Positions 1-9,245 of a DNA stretch of 64,000 bases are shown piece after piece. Where the stretch lies: positions 55,352 to 119,351 of IMG/VR virus record IMGVR_UViG_3300033146_005641; one strand, 5' to 3'. The notes beneath the pieces are model-generated. The model had not been told where the DNA came from, ran no database searches, and saw nothing but the letters and a program-made list of their open reading frames with translations. The position numbers and the translations under genes were made by a program. The stretch comes from a virus. Taxonomy: Duplodnaviria > Heunggongvirae > Uroviricota > Caudoviricetes. Position 1 is the first letter of the stretch. Each line of letters begins with the position of its first letter.

Positions 1-2
1 AA

Positions 3-179
3 GAGGTTAAAAAAGAATTAAAAGAAGAAAAGGAAAAATTAGAGAAAGAAAATTTTATTCTTCTAAATACTCAAAAAACTCTTTTAGAAAACCTTAACGA
101 TTCTTTGCTTTTGTTAGAAACTTATAATATAAAACAATATAAAACAATAACTTCTAATAGCTTGGATGAATATGTATAA
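3..179 (+). CDS. 3' end of a hypothetical Lys/Glu-rich protein (partial, starts before the window)
   Basis: Open frame from position 3 (EVKKELKEEKEKLEKE...) to TAA at 177-179. Confidence 0.5.
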   Translation, partial: EVKKELKEEKEKLEKENFILLNTQKTLLENLNDSLLLLETYNIKQYKTITSNSLDEYV

Positions 180-336
180 ATTAGAATAGAATGTATTATA
201 TTATCTTTTTTAGTAGGTTTATCGATTGAATTAATCGTTTCATCTATATTATACTCTATTAGTTTTAATAAGATGTATGAAGACTATCAAAGTAAACTGC
301 TTTGGGCGATGTCGTATCTATAGAAAATTAAGATGA

Positions 337-359
337 TTTTAAGTTTTTTATATTATAAT
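337..359 (+). promoter_or_regulatory. Early-type promoter TTTTAAG-N10-TATAAT
   Basis: Same motif pair recurs before many small accessory genes in this window. Confidence 0.55.
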
Positions 360-381
360 ATATAATATATAAAATGAAGTA

Positions 382-603
382 TTGAAGATGACTGATACAA
401 AAGAATTAGCAAAGCTAATATGGCTAGAAGATGATCTAGACGCCAAAAAAGAGCTATCATATAAAATGATTGATAGTTTAGTTGCTAAAAATGAAACCAA
501 AGAAAGGTTTAGAAAAAATATTTCTAATTGTAAATCTAAAAATAAAATAGATAAGCTGGCCGCAGATATTACATTAGTCGGATATAACCTGAAGGTATTA
601 TGA
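382..603 (+). CDS. Hypothetical protein
   Basis: 73-aa ORF directly after an early promoter motif. Confidence 0.6.
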   Translation: MKMTDTKELAKLIWLEDDLDAKKELSYKMIDSLVAKNETKERFRKNISNCKSKNKIDKLAADITLVGYNLKVL

Positions 604-772
604 TAGATGATTTAGATGCTAAAATTTTAGGTATAATTGAGACATTGATGATATAGCAATAGATCTTAATTCTAGTGAGAATAATCTAATTTATGATTAT
701 AAAAAAATTTAATATACCTATTTTAAAAGAATATAATGATCAGTTACTCTCTTTAAATAAATTAGAAGAGAT

Positions 773-798
773 ATTATAGAGACTGAAGTCTCTATAAT
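773..798 (-). terminator. Hairpin terminator after tail sheath gene (probably bidirectional)
   Basis: Perfect 11-bp inverted repeat attatagagac-tgaa-gtctctataat immediately after the gp18 stop. Confidence 0.75.
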
Positions 799-2904
799 TT
801 AAGCACCTATAACAGTTGCAAATGATCTAGTTCCAACATTATTAAAATTCAGCTTAATAAATTCAGCAGCATATTTAGGCTTAATGTAAATATCTACAAC
901 TAATTCGTTTCTACTAATCACATCTGGAGTATTGTTAGTTTCATCACAAACAACTAAGAAATCCTCTATACCTCTTCCTGCCTTAACAGAACTTAGGAAC
1001 GGATTAAACATTGCTAAAATGGCATTTCTTGTGAAAGAATCATTAAATTCAAAAGTTTGAGATTTTGCGGCTTTAGCCATAGCTCTTTCAAGAACATTAA
1101 ATAATCCTCTTACATTGATTCTATCAAATGAAGAAGCATAATTAATCATAGTCTTTTGACCCCAAACTAAATTACCTTCACCCGGAAAATTAACTATAGG
1201 ATTAATATTATTAGAATACAAAGAGTCTCTTTGAGGTTGATTAGGACTAAAAGAGATTCTATCAATATTTCTTAATCTACCTCTTTTAAGACCCGCCGAA
1301 GCCCACCAAGAAGCTTGATTAGTATTAGTATTAGCTCTAAGACCTGCTACATCACCCGCAATATTAATCCATCTAAATTTTTTAGCATATCCGTCATAAA
1401 TTCTAACATAATTTCCAAAGTAAGATGCAAACATAGTTCTTAGGAATGGTGGATTATTTTTAATTTTTCTAGTTATTCCCTCAACAACTACTGCAGCCTT
1501 CTTACCCACTACGTCTGAATAAGATGCTCCAATGAAAGCAATACAATCTTTTCTATTATCGGCTAGTAGTGCTGCTGAACCTCCTTCATCGTTTTCGTTA
1601 CCAATAACTATATCTATAAGATATAATTCTTTATCTTCTACGGTCATATATGCATCTTGAATAGAACCTTGATCAGTAATAATAGGTGAAACTCCGCCCC
1701 ATAAACTTAAAGGTCCTTGTACATAATTAGTATTAGGTAAAGAGGGATCATCATTTACGTCAAATCCTTGAGAATCTTTAAAGACTGCAGAATATACATA
1801 TGATTTATACGTACTTGTAGTAATTTCACCTGTAATCGGATTAGGTTTAGAGTGAACTTCTACATCAAAAGTACTTAAAGACCGATTATCTATAACGTAA
1901 ACAAGTTCAGAGTTTTCATTAATTACTGTTTCTATATATTTAGACTTTCCGTTTCCGTCCACGGCTTCAGGATTAAAAGATACTATAAAGGTTTCGTATG
2001 ATTCGTCCTTTTTAATAATAATTCCTACTTCATCTTCTTCGGTAGGAGGATAGTCGAATAAATCTAAAACAGAAACACCTTCAAAAGCCTCACTCGCTGA
2101 GCTAACATTTTCGTATCCTATAACTTGATCTACAAAGTCATAAGAATTAACTATTGCTATTTCAATTCCATTATTAACGCTACCAGCAGTTTTAGAGAAG
2201 AATCTTAATTTAACTTCATCTTCAAATCCGTAGAAGTCTTTAGAATATTCAAAATCATTAAAATTTTTAATCAATTCATATTTTTGATTAAAATCAGGTT
2301 CTTTAACCACTGCAGGATTAGTTATATCTCTATAAGCATAAACTCCTGAATTTTGATGTTGTGAATATACTATAATTTTACTTCCTGGAAGGATTTCATA
2401 TTGTAAACCTTCGTCAACCTCTGATTGAGTATTTGTATCCCATAAAATAAAAGTTAATGCGTAAGATTGTGTAGCTTCATCGAAATCTATCTTCTTTACT
2501 TTGTATTTAGATTGATTTTCTTGACCCTCAAAAGTAATAATAGAACCTCTATAGATATCTTTCACACTTGATAAACCGTTTACTAATCTATCTCCAACAG
2601 TATGATTCCCCGGTACTTCAATAGTAGTCTTATTATATACACCTGATTCTGAAAATACTCTAGAAATTACTAATTTATCTGAATAATCTAAAAATTTAGA
2701 ACATTGAAACCACTCATTGTAGTTTTTATCTGTAGGTTTTCCGAAGTAATATTCTAGCTCTTTTTTATTAGTTATTAAAAAAGGTTGTTCAATCGCACCC
2801 TTTTCAAAATTACCTGCGAAAAACGCTACCGATGTAGAAACGCTAGGTACAATCGCGGAATTGTCAATTTCGTTTATATAAACGCCCGGACTTAAATATG
2901 CCAT
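799..2904 (-). CDS. gp18: Tail sheath protein
   Basis: N-terminal YLSPGVY.NEID; C-terminal WWASAG..RG, GNLVWGQKT, FDRINVRGLF, FEFNDSFTR, VVCDETNNTPDVI.RNELVVDIYIKP sheath signatures. Confidence 0.97.
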   Translation of the reverse strand: MAYLSPGVYINEIDNSAIVPSVSTSVAFFAGNFEKGAIEQPFLITNKKELEYYFGKPTDKNYNEWFQCSKFLDYSDKLVISRVFSESGVYNKTTIEVPGNHTVGDRLVNGLSSVKDIYRGSIITFEGQENQSKYKVKKIDFDEATQSYALTFILWDTNTQSEVDEGLQYEILPGSKIIVYSQHQNSGVYAYRDITNPAVVKEPDFNQKYELIKNFNDFEYSKDFYGFEDEVKLRFFSKTAGSVNNGIEIAIVNSYDFVDQVIGYENVSSASEAFEGVSVLDLFDYPPTEEDEVGIIIKKDESYETFIVSFNPEAVDGNGKSKYIETVINENSELVYVIDNRSLSTFDVEVHSKPNPITGEITTSTYKSYVYSAVFKDSQGFDVNDDPSLPNTNYVQGPLSLWGGVSPIITDQGSIQDAYMTVEDKELYLIDIVIGNENDEGGSAALLADNRKDCIAFIGASYSDVVGKKAAVVVEGITRKIKNNPPFLRTMFASYFGNYVRIYDGYAKKFRWINIAGDVAGLRANTNTNQASWWASAGLKRGRLRNIDRISFSPNQPQRDSLYSNNINPIVNFPGEGNLVWGQKTMINYASSFDRINVRGLFNVLERAMAKAAKSQTFEFNDSFTRNAILAMFNPFLSSVKAGRGIEDFLVVCDETNNTPDVISRNELVVDIYIKPKYAAEFIKLNFNNVGTRSFATVIGA

Positions 2905-2917
2905 TATATTTCCTTAA

Positions 2918-3020
2918 TTTTAGTCAATAGGAAAGTGTAATTCTTGATACTTTTTCTGAGGTTAGGGCTCTTCACCGTTAACAGCATCTCGAAGCCTATC
3001 ACTACTCACTATTGCTAAAA
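2918..3020 (-). promoter_or_regulatory. Structured 5' leader of the tail sheath gene
   Basis: ~110-nt non-coding, relatively GC-rich gap closed by a 12-bp stem with one bulge (2918-2930 with 3009-3020). Confidence 0.45.
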
Positions 3021-3028
3021 TATTTATA
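3021..3028 (-). promoter_or_regulatory. T4-type late promoter TATAAATA (gp18)
   Basis: Exact T4 late consensus upstream of gp18; gp55 sigma gene is present in the window. Confidence 0.75.
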
Positions 3029-3035
3029 AAATATA

Positions 3036-3611
3036 TTAAAGAGCGTTTTCGTTTTCTGATGCGTTTTTAGGCTCGTAAGAAGATGATTCTTCATTACCTA
3101 TAACCCAGTCACTGTAAGCGAAGGTCATATCAAATTCAGCAATTGTATCTGAAGAGTCATCGCCATAAGAAATCTCACCGATGCTTTGAGGAAAACAATT
3201 GTGAAGTGTATAAGTAGCTACAGGTTTTCCTGCTGAATCTAATTGTTCAACTCTTAAATCAGCTAAAACCGAGCCAGGGTTTCCTGCGTGTTTATTTTCT
3301 TGAAAATTGTCGCAGGCGTCAGCCCATTTAATCATATCTAATCTGAATGAATGATTTTCTTGTAGATAGAAACTTAAACTCCAAGCATTATCGAATGTAG
3401 TATCGCCAGGTAAGATTAATTTTCTACCTTGACTCCATACTTCAATTTGTCCTACTTCTTTACCCGGTGCTGTAGCACTTTTCGCTAAAACGTCTACTTC
3501 ATTCAAAGCTGTAGCACCTGAAACTGAAGAAGGAAAAGAAAATGTTACTCTATATTTATTTGCTCTTGCTCCTGCTCCAAGTGCAGCAGAAAGTTCTTTG
3601 ATTGTAGCCAT
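3036..3611 (-). CDS. gp19: Tail tube protein
   Basis: GARANKYRVTF, PG..VG.IEV...GRKLILPGD.TF..W, F.NCFPQSIGEISY, EF.MTFAYSDW. Confidence 0.93.
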   Translation of the reverse strand: MATIKELSAALGAGARANKYRVTFSFPSSVSGATALNEVDVLAKSATAPGKEVGQIEVWSQGRKLILPGDTTFDNAWSLSFYLQENHSFRLDMIKWADACDNFQENKHAGNPGSVLADLRVEQLDSAGKPVATYTLHNCFPQSIGEISYGDDSSDTIAEFDMTFAYSDWVIGNEESSSYEPKNASENENAL

Positions 3612-3632
3612 AAGGATATTCCTTTTTTTATT

Positions 3633-3640
3633 TATTTATA
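3633..3640 (-). promoter_or_regulatory. Late promoter TATAAATA (gp19)
   Basis: Exact consensus upstream of the gp19 SD/start. Confidence 0.7.
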
Positions 3641-3642
3641 AA

Positions 3643-4323
3643 CTAACTTATTAAGCCGCCTAGGCGATCGCCTAGTATATTTTCAGCGGCCTGTTTCTCT
3701 ACGCTATTACCGATTATTACATCTGAAAATGCAAAAGTAATAGATGTAGAAGATATCTCTGATGTACTATCATCTAATTGTATATCTTCTACATTTATGG
3801 GAAAAGCGCCTATAATGGTAGCTTCTAATATTATGTTTTCCGAATTTCCTAACTGCTGTATTTTTATATCTTTTTGATATTCGGGTGCAACACCCGATAA
3901 TAATAGTTGTGTATGATCTTTTACTATAGCTTTTACTTCTTTTACAGCATCTTTTAAAGAGTTGATTTCGCTTAATGCTAAACCAGATAAAGTATCTAGT
4001 CCTTTAAAATATCCGCCCTGATTTTTTAGTGCTAGAGAGTGCATATCTTCCATCCATTGTGTAAAATATCTTCTCGCTACCATCTCAGAATCATTATAAA
4101 ATACTACTGTCCAGGAGCCGGATAAAGAGGTCTCACCTATTATTTGAGTTTTTTTACCCTTAATAGTTACATCTACAGGAGTTATTACTCTACCGGGAAG
4201 TGCGGCAGCATGACACATAACGTCTAAGCTTCTAGAGATTTCAATCGTAGGAACTAATAATCTATACTTATTAGACCTAGCACCACTTTTAAGAGTATTG
4301 ATTAAGTTTTTTATTTTAGACAC
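3643..4323 (-). CDS. Tail tube (gp19)-like paralog 2
   Basis: GARSNKYRL, AAALPGR, GETSLSGSW.V.F, GAFPINV..IQLD...ITFAFSD match the gp19 fold. Confidence 0.8.
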   Translation of the reverse strand: MSKIKNLINTLKSGARSNKYRLLVPTIEISRSLDVMCHAAALPGRVITPVDVTIKGKKTQIIGETSLSGSWTVVFYNDSEMVARRYFTQWMEDMHSLALKNQGGYFKGLDTLSGLALSEINSLKDAVKEVKAIVKDHTQLLLSGVAPEYQKDIKIQQLGNSENIILEATIIGAFPINVEDIQLDDSTSEISSTSITFAFSDVIIGNSVEKQAAENILGDRLGGLIS

Positions 4324-5081
4324 TATACACCTTTATTTAATAAATTAGAAAAAGATTTTATCATTTCTTTTTTATCTTTTAATAATTCAGGAATATCTGG
4401 AAGACTATCTGAAAATATATCACCTAAAGAATTTTCAATACCTGAAGTAGCTGAACGTACTCTTTTATCTAATGCTGTTACGGCAGCCCTAACCAATCTT
4501 TGAACAGCACCTACACTCATATTTTCAAAAGACTCATCTTTAGTCATGATTAAAAAAGAGAATTCGACGTGTAGTTCTAAGAATCCTGATACACTACTTG
4601 TATCAAATTCTATATTAGATACTTTAGTAGGATATACACCCTCGAAAATATATTTAGCTACTTCGTTTTCATTCCAATCTTTTACTATTAAATTGATAGA
4701 TCCTAAAATATCTTGCTTAACTTGTCTGCTAAACATTAATTTAATGTCTTCGTTTGGTTTAATTGTATTTTTATCTAAACCTTTCTGCCAAGTAATTAGA
4801 TCTCTTAAAATTTCATGTTTTTCATCTATTATTAGAGTTACACTTAAAGATCTATTATAATCCACTCTAGTCATAATAGGAATAGTAGAACCTTTATAAT
4901 TTATTTCTACTTTTTTTGTATCAATTTCAGGAATTGATATATTTTTACATAATATATCGTACTGATGTGAAGTTTTTTGATTATTGAGATTTTTAGGAAA
5001 AGTTATTTCTACAGAAAAATTGGCAGGCCTTGATAAATTCCCACCAGCGTCAAATAATAAATTTCCTATAGAATTACTCAT
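4323..5081 (-). CDS. Tail tube (gp19/gp54)-like paralog 3
   Basis: RPANF.V.I, CKNISIPE, F.GVYPT.VSNIEFD...E..VEFSF tube-fold motifs. Confidence 0.75.
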   Translation of the reverse strand: MSNSIGNLLFDAGGNLSRPANFSVEITFPKNLNNQKTSHQYDILCKNISIPEIDTKKVEINYKGSTIPIMTRVDYNRSLSVTLIIDEKHEILRDLITWQKGLDKNTIKPNEDIKLMFSRQVKQDILGSINLIVKDWNENEVAKYIFEGVYPTKVSNIEFDTSSVSGFLELHVEFSFLIMTKDESFENMSVGAVQRLVRAAVTALDKRVRSATSGIENSLGDIFSDSLPDIPELLKDKKEMIKSFSNLLNKGV

Positions 5082-5106
5082 TTATTTTTTCCTTTTTATA
5101 TTTAAA

Positions 5107-5118
5107 TATTTATAAATA
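5107..5118. promoter_or_regulatory. Palindromic bidirectional late promoter TATTTATAAATA
   Basis: Overlapping TATAAATA on both strands between divergent tail operons. Confidence 0.7.
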
Positions 5119-5136
5119 TCCTAATAAAGGAACTAA

Positions 5137-5694
5137 ATGAAAGTAGAAGATATTGTTCAAAATATTTATAATACTAATTGGGTACTATCTGATGAATTTG
5201 AAATAGAAATAGATAATCCCGGCGAAATAAAACAAGAAGTATGGAATATGTGTGTTATATCTTTTTCTATGCCTGAATTGTCGTCGGCGGCAGGTAGTTC
5301 TGTTTTAGGAGGAATTAGAAAACTTACATCACGAATGTATGATACTTTCATAATTAATATAGCTTTTAGAGATATCGGCCATACCAAACTTAGAAAATAT
5401 TTTGAAAGAAAATTTGCTTTACAACAAAAAATGTATTATGATCAAATATCTACTAAAATAGGCTTATTTCATATTGATTCTTCTGAAGGAAGTAGAAGAA
5501 AGTTATTTTCAGCAGATGCGTTAATAACCAATATATCAGGATTAACTTTCAATAATGCAGAAAGTAATATTCAGGAGTTTACGGTGAGTTTTTCGGCTAG
5601 CTCTTTCAGTACTGATGAACTATTAAATTTCGGTACTTCTGAATTCGAATCAGAGGTAATTGATAACTTAATTGCTAACTTAAAAGATGATTAA
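5137..5694 (+). CDS. Tail tube-fold protein (gp54/gp19-like tube initiator)
   Basis: SFSMPEL, ITNISGLTF...IQEFTVSF resemble the tube fold; first gene of the baseplate operon. Confidence 0.55.
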   Translation: MKVEDIVQNIYNTNWVLSDEFEIEIDNPGEIKQEVWNMCVISFSMPELSSAAGSSVLGGIRKLTSRMYDTFIINIAFRDIGHTKLRKYFERKFALQQKMYYDQISTKIGLFHIDSSEGSRRKLFSADALITNISGLTFNNAESNIQEFTVSFSASSFSTDELLNFGTSEFESEVIDNLIANLKDD

Positions 5695-5732
5695 GATTAT
5701 TATTATATAATAAAATATTAGAGGAGAAAAAT

Positions 5733-6476
5733 ATGGCAGTAGTAATAAATACTCAGAGTAAACAAGATAACCTAAAATCACAGACGTCAACGAATAAAAC
5801 ATCGGACTCAATGAATAAGACTTTACAATTAGGTCCTAGAAAAAGCGTTACTATTCATCCGTGGAAAGCAAAAGCTAAAAAGGATTTTATTAAGGTTTTT
5901 AAGAAAAAAGGTAAAAATGTATCGGAAAGAGATGTTTTAGACGTTTTGGTGTATCCGTATATCGAAGAAAAAATATTTTTAAATTCTGCAGAAGTTCAAT
6001 ATATTTTAACTGAATTAAGAAAGATTTCGATAAAAGATCAGAATATTGAGTTTATTCTTACTTGTGATAAGTGTACAAAAGAGTTTGATGTAGAAACTAA
6101 TATAGATAATTTAGTACACTATAAAGAAACTCTAATACCTATAAAAGACGATAATATTGAATGGAAAGAAGTTTCGTCGCTAAAGGAATTAGAAAATAAT
6201 TTAAAGAAATTTTCTGAAGAACCTCCTAGTATAATTAACATGGCTATGAATATAAAAAACTATAATGGGAATGAAATAGATTCTATTGAAAAATTTATAG
6301 AGATTTATGATGATATGAGCATGGGTGAAGTCGATATTATCGAAACTAGATGGAAGGAAGTTTCTTCAAACTTTGAAATATATCAAGAATTAGAATGTCC
6401 TCATTGTAAATATAAGACGGCATATTTATTTGATATTATACCTTCGTTTTTTGATCCTCTTTTGCCTAAAGAGTAA
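5733..6476 (+). CDS. Baseplate hub subunit, gp26-like
   Basis: TIHPWK, CxxC pairs (CDKC, CPHC), position in the baseplate hub cluster. Confidence 0.7.
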   Translation: MAVVINTQSKQDNLKSQTSTNKTSDSMNKTLQLGPRKSVTIHPWKAKAKKDFIKVFKKKGKNVSERDVLDVLVYPYIEEKIFLNSAEVQYILTELRKISIKDQNIEFILTCDKCTKEFDVETNIDNLVHYKETLIPIKDDNIEWKEVSSLKELENNLKKFSEEPPSIINMAMNIKNYNGNEIDSIEKFIEIYDDMSMGEVDIIETRWKEVSSNFEIYQELECPHCKYKTAYLFDIIPSFFDPLLPKE

Positions 6477-6484
6477 TATTTATT

Positions 6485-7126
6485 ATGTGTTTCAGAGATA
6501 AATTAAAAAAAGTAAAAAGATATAATTCATTTCAAGAAAAAGAAGCACTATTATCTATATTAGACGAGGATAGCGTTGATATAATTAATACCTCGAAAAT
6601 TTTAGGTCTAACTCCGACTAATAAATTAGAAGCTGAAGCACTTATTATGAAGGCTAGAGAAATTTCTGTTTCAGAATCTATTGACTTAACTAGTTCTTGT
6701 CCTAATTGTGACTATATTAACATGACTAGTATTGATATACCTTCTATGTTTTTTAAGGGGGAGATTGATTCAAAAATACCCGAAGGTATTTATGAAGATT
6801 TATCAGAAGCAAATATTGAAGGCTTGGAAGATTTAGAACTAGATAAATATAATGAATTAGAAAATAAATTAGAAAGTAATAATAAAAATATTTTTGATAA
6901 TGTAGTTGAAATTAATTGTTTATCTTGTAAATATAAATATCAAACTAAAATAGAGCCACTAAAGTTTATTTCTAAATTCTCTATATCTAACCTGTATGAA
7001 CAATATTCTGATATTACTTACTATTCTCATATGAATAAGTCTGACGTAGATAATATGTATCCTTTTGAGAGAGAAATATTCATTGGATTAATACAGAAAA
7101 AAGAAGATGAAAAAGACTCTGTCTAA
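6485..7126 (+). CDS. Baseplate hub assembly protein (gp26-like N-part plus gp51-like C-terminus)
   Basis: CPNC/CLSC motifs; C-terminal DVDNMYPFEREIFIGLI resembles T4 gp51. Confidence 0.65.
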   Translation: MCFRDKLKKVKRYNSFQEKEALLSILDEDSVDIINTSKILGLTPTNKLEAEALIMKAREISVSESIDLTSSCPNCDYINMTSIDIPSMFFKGEIDSKIPEGIYEDLSEANIEGLEDLELDKYNELENKLESNNKNIFDNVVEINCLSCKYKYQTKIEPLKFISKFSISNLYEQYSDITYYSHMNKSDVDNMYPFEREIFIGLIQKKEDEKDSV

Positions 7127-7128
7127 AA

Positions 7129-7136
7129 TATAAATA
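7129..7136 (+). promoter_or_regulatory. Late promoter TATAAATA
   Basis: Exact consensus before SD aggag and the GTG start at 7157. Confidence 0.7.
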
Positions 7137-7156
7137 CTTAAAAACTAGGAGACTAA

Positions 7157-9244
7157 GTGATTTTAGGTATTGTTAAAGCTATCGGAAAGGTGGCTATTAA
7201 AGGCTCTATAAAATCTTTTTCTGCAATAGGTAAATCTCTTTCATCAGTAGCTAAAATATCTAAAAAAGGTGTCTCGGCGGGTATCAAAAAAGGTATTAGG
7301 GCTAAAGTTAGAGCTAGAGCTAGGTCTAAAAAAGCATCTTCTTCGAATCGAGAAAATCAAAAAACATCTTCTAATAAAACAGAATATCAAGATGAGACTG
7401 GCGAAAACACCCCATTAGATAATAGTTCTAAAAAATATAATAAACAAATATCAATAAAAGACGAAACTCTAGATAAGTTAGGAAACTTACTAACTTTAGC
7501 AGATATTAATGGAGGTACTGGTGGTACTAAAGCAGATCAGAGACAAGAATCTATAGCTAGAGCTAAATTTAGAGATAAATCTATAGATATTTTAGAAGAA
7601 ATTAAAGATGAAATTAAAGACGGGATTAATGATGATACGGACGAGAATCAATGTGTTAGTAATGGAGCCTTAAAAGATGAAAGTAAAGATGCGGGAACTT
7701 TTATATCCGACTCAATTCCGAATATAGGTAAAAAAATAAATTCTAATAAAGGCGATATGTTTGCAATCCTACTCTTAGCTGTAAGAAGCATATGGAAAAC
7801 GATTCAGAATATTTTAGGATCTATTGCAGATGCTGGAGGATTTATTCCTTGGATTAGAGATAATATAGGAACGTTTTGGAATAATTTTCAAGAGCTAATC
7901 AATGAAGAGTATGGCGGATGGGTTCAATTTATATGGGCTCAAATAAAAGAAAGCGCAGAGATGATACTTTGGATAGCGGATAAAATAGGAGAGTTTTTAT
8001 TTGGTCCTACCTGGAAAGAATCGTTAGAATGGTGGAAGTTAAATTTTGGATTATTAACTGCTTGGTGGAATAATTACGGTCAACAGCTTTCTGACTGGTG
8101 GAAATATGTTCAGGATATCGGTATTACGAAATATATATTAGAGATTATTAAGAATTCAATAAACGATGTCGCTAAAATGATTTTAGGAGATAGTGTTATC
8201 TCTGAAATGATCGACTGGTGGAATGAAGTAAATGACTCTGGTGGATTTTTAGATTATTTATCTATCAAAATTCAAAGATGGTGGGAGGATTTTATTATAA
8301 ACTCCTCAATGTATGATTGGTTAAAAAAAGCGTTACTAGGCGGAAAGTCTATAAGAGATATTCAAATAGCTAGAGCTGAACAAGATAAGATAATTTTACA
8401 GCGAAAAGAATCAAGACTGGAAAAAGAGAAAAGAGAGAAAGAATCTAAACAAAAGGCTTTAGATGACTATAATAAGAGAAGAAAAAAGACAAAAAGTCAA
8501 TATAATAGAGAAAGATCAGGAATTTATAAACAATATTATAAAAATATGTATAACATAGGACATAAACATAAAAAATATATTAATACTAGTCAGAATCTTA
8601 TTACGCCTACTAAAGAAAAAAATAGATTCGCATACGTTGGTAGTAATTCTCAATCGTGGATGAAGGCTATAACATCACAATATGGAGTATCTGAATCTGT
8701 TCGAAATGGAGAAGGACATTCAGGTGTAGATTTTAGAGCTAAAAAAGGAGATCCTATTACCTCAATTACTGAAGGTGTAGTTGATAGTATTCAACCACAC
8801 GATAAGAGAGGGGGATTAGTCCTTTCTATAAAAGGAAAAGACGGAGTTAGAACTCTATATATGCATCTTAGCAAAGTTTTAGTCAAAGTTGGCGATAAAA
8901 TTTCTAGAGGACAAGTAATAGCTAAAGCAGGAAATTCACCTGGTAGGACTCCAGACGGAAGAGTTATGTCTTCTCATGTTCATGTTTCCGTTAAAAAGAA
9001 CGGAAAAACAATAGACCCTTTAACATACTTCAATAGTCTAAACTATGAAAATGGCGAAACTTTAGTGAAAAACGAGAAGAAAACTAAAAATGTATTTATT
9101 AAAGGTGCTAAAAAAGCAAATAGTGAAATCGCTACAGATAATACTAATGTAAGTACGGCAATTCATCAACTTAATAAGAAAATAGATGAAGTTAAGTCTA
9201 GCAAAGTAACTTCAACTATACACGAATCTATAAGAGAGGCATAA
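7157..9244 (+). CDS. Tape-measure/baseplate hub (gp29-like) protein with C-terminal M23 peptidase
   Basis: Trp-periodic helical middle; HSGVDF, YMHL, HVHV M23/LytM zinc motifs; position before gp48. Confidence 0.75.
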   Translation: MILGIVKAIGKVAIKGSIKSFSAIGKSLSSVAKISKKGVSAGIKKGIRAKVRARARSKKASSSNRENQKTSSNKTEYQDETGENTPLDNSSKKYNKQISIKDETLDKLGNLLTLADINGGTGGTKADQRQESIARAKFRDKSIDILEEIKDEIKDGINDDTDENQCVSNGALKDESKDAGTFISDSIPNIGKKINSNKGDMFAILLLAVRSIWKTIQNILGSIADAGGFIPWIRDNIGTFWNNFQELINEEYGGWVQFIWAQIKESAEMILWIADKIGEFLFGPTWKESLEWWKLNFGLLTAWWNNYGQQLSDWWKYVQDIGITKYILEIIKNSINDVAKMILGDSVISEMIDWWNEVNDSGGFLDYLSIKIQRWWEDFIINSSMYDWLKKALLGGKSIRDIQIARAEQDKIILQRKESRLEKEKREKESKQKALDDYNKRRKKTKSQYNRERSGIYKQYYKNMYNIGHKHKKYINTSQNLITPTKEKNRFAYVGSNSQSWMKAITSQYGVSESVRNGEGHSGVDFRAKKGDPITSITEGVVDSIQPHDKRGGLVLSIKGKDGVRTLYMHLSKVLVKVGDKISRGQVIAKAGNSPGRTPDGRVMSSHVHVSVKKNGKTIDPLTYFNSLNYENGETLVKNEKKTKNVFIKGAKKANSEIATDNTNVSTAIHQLNKKIDEVKSSKVTSTIHESIREA

Positions 9245-9245
9245 G

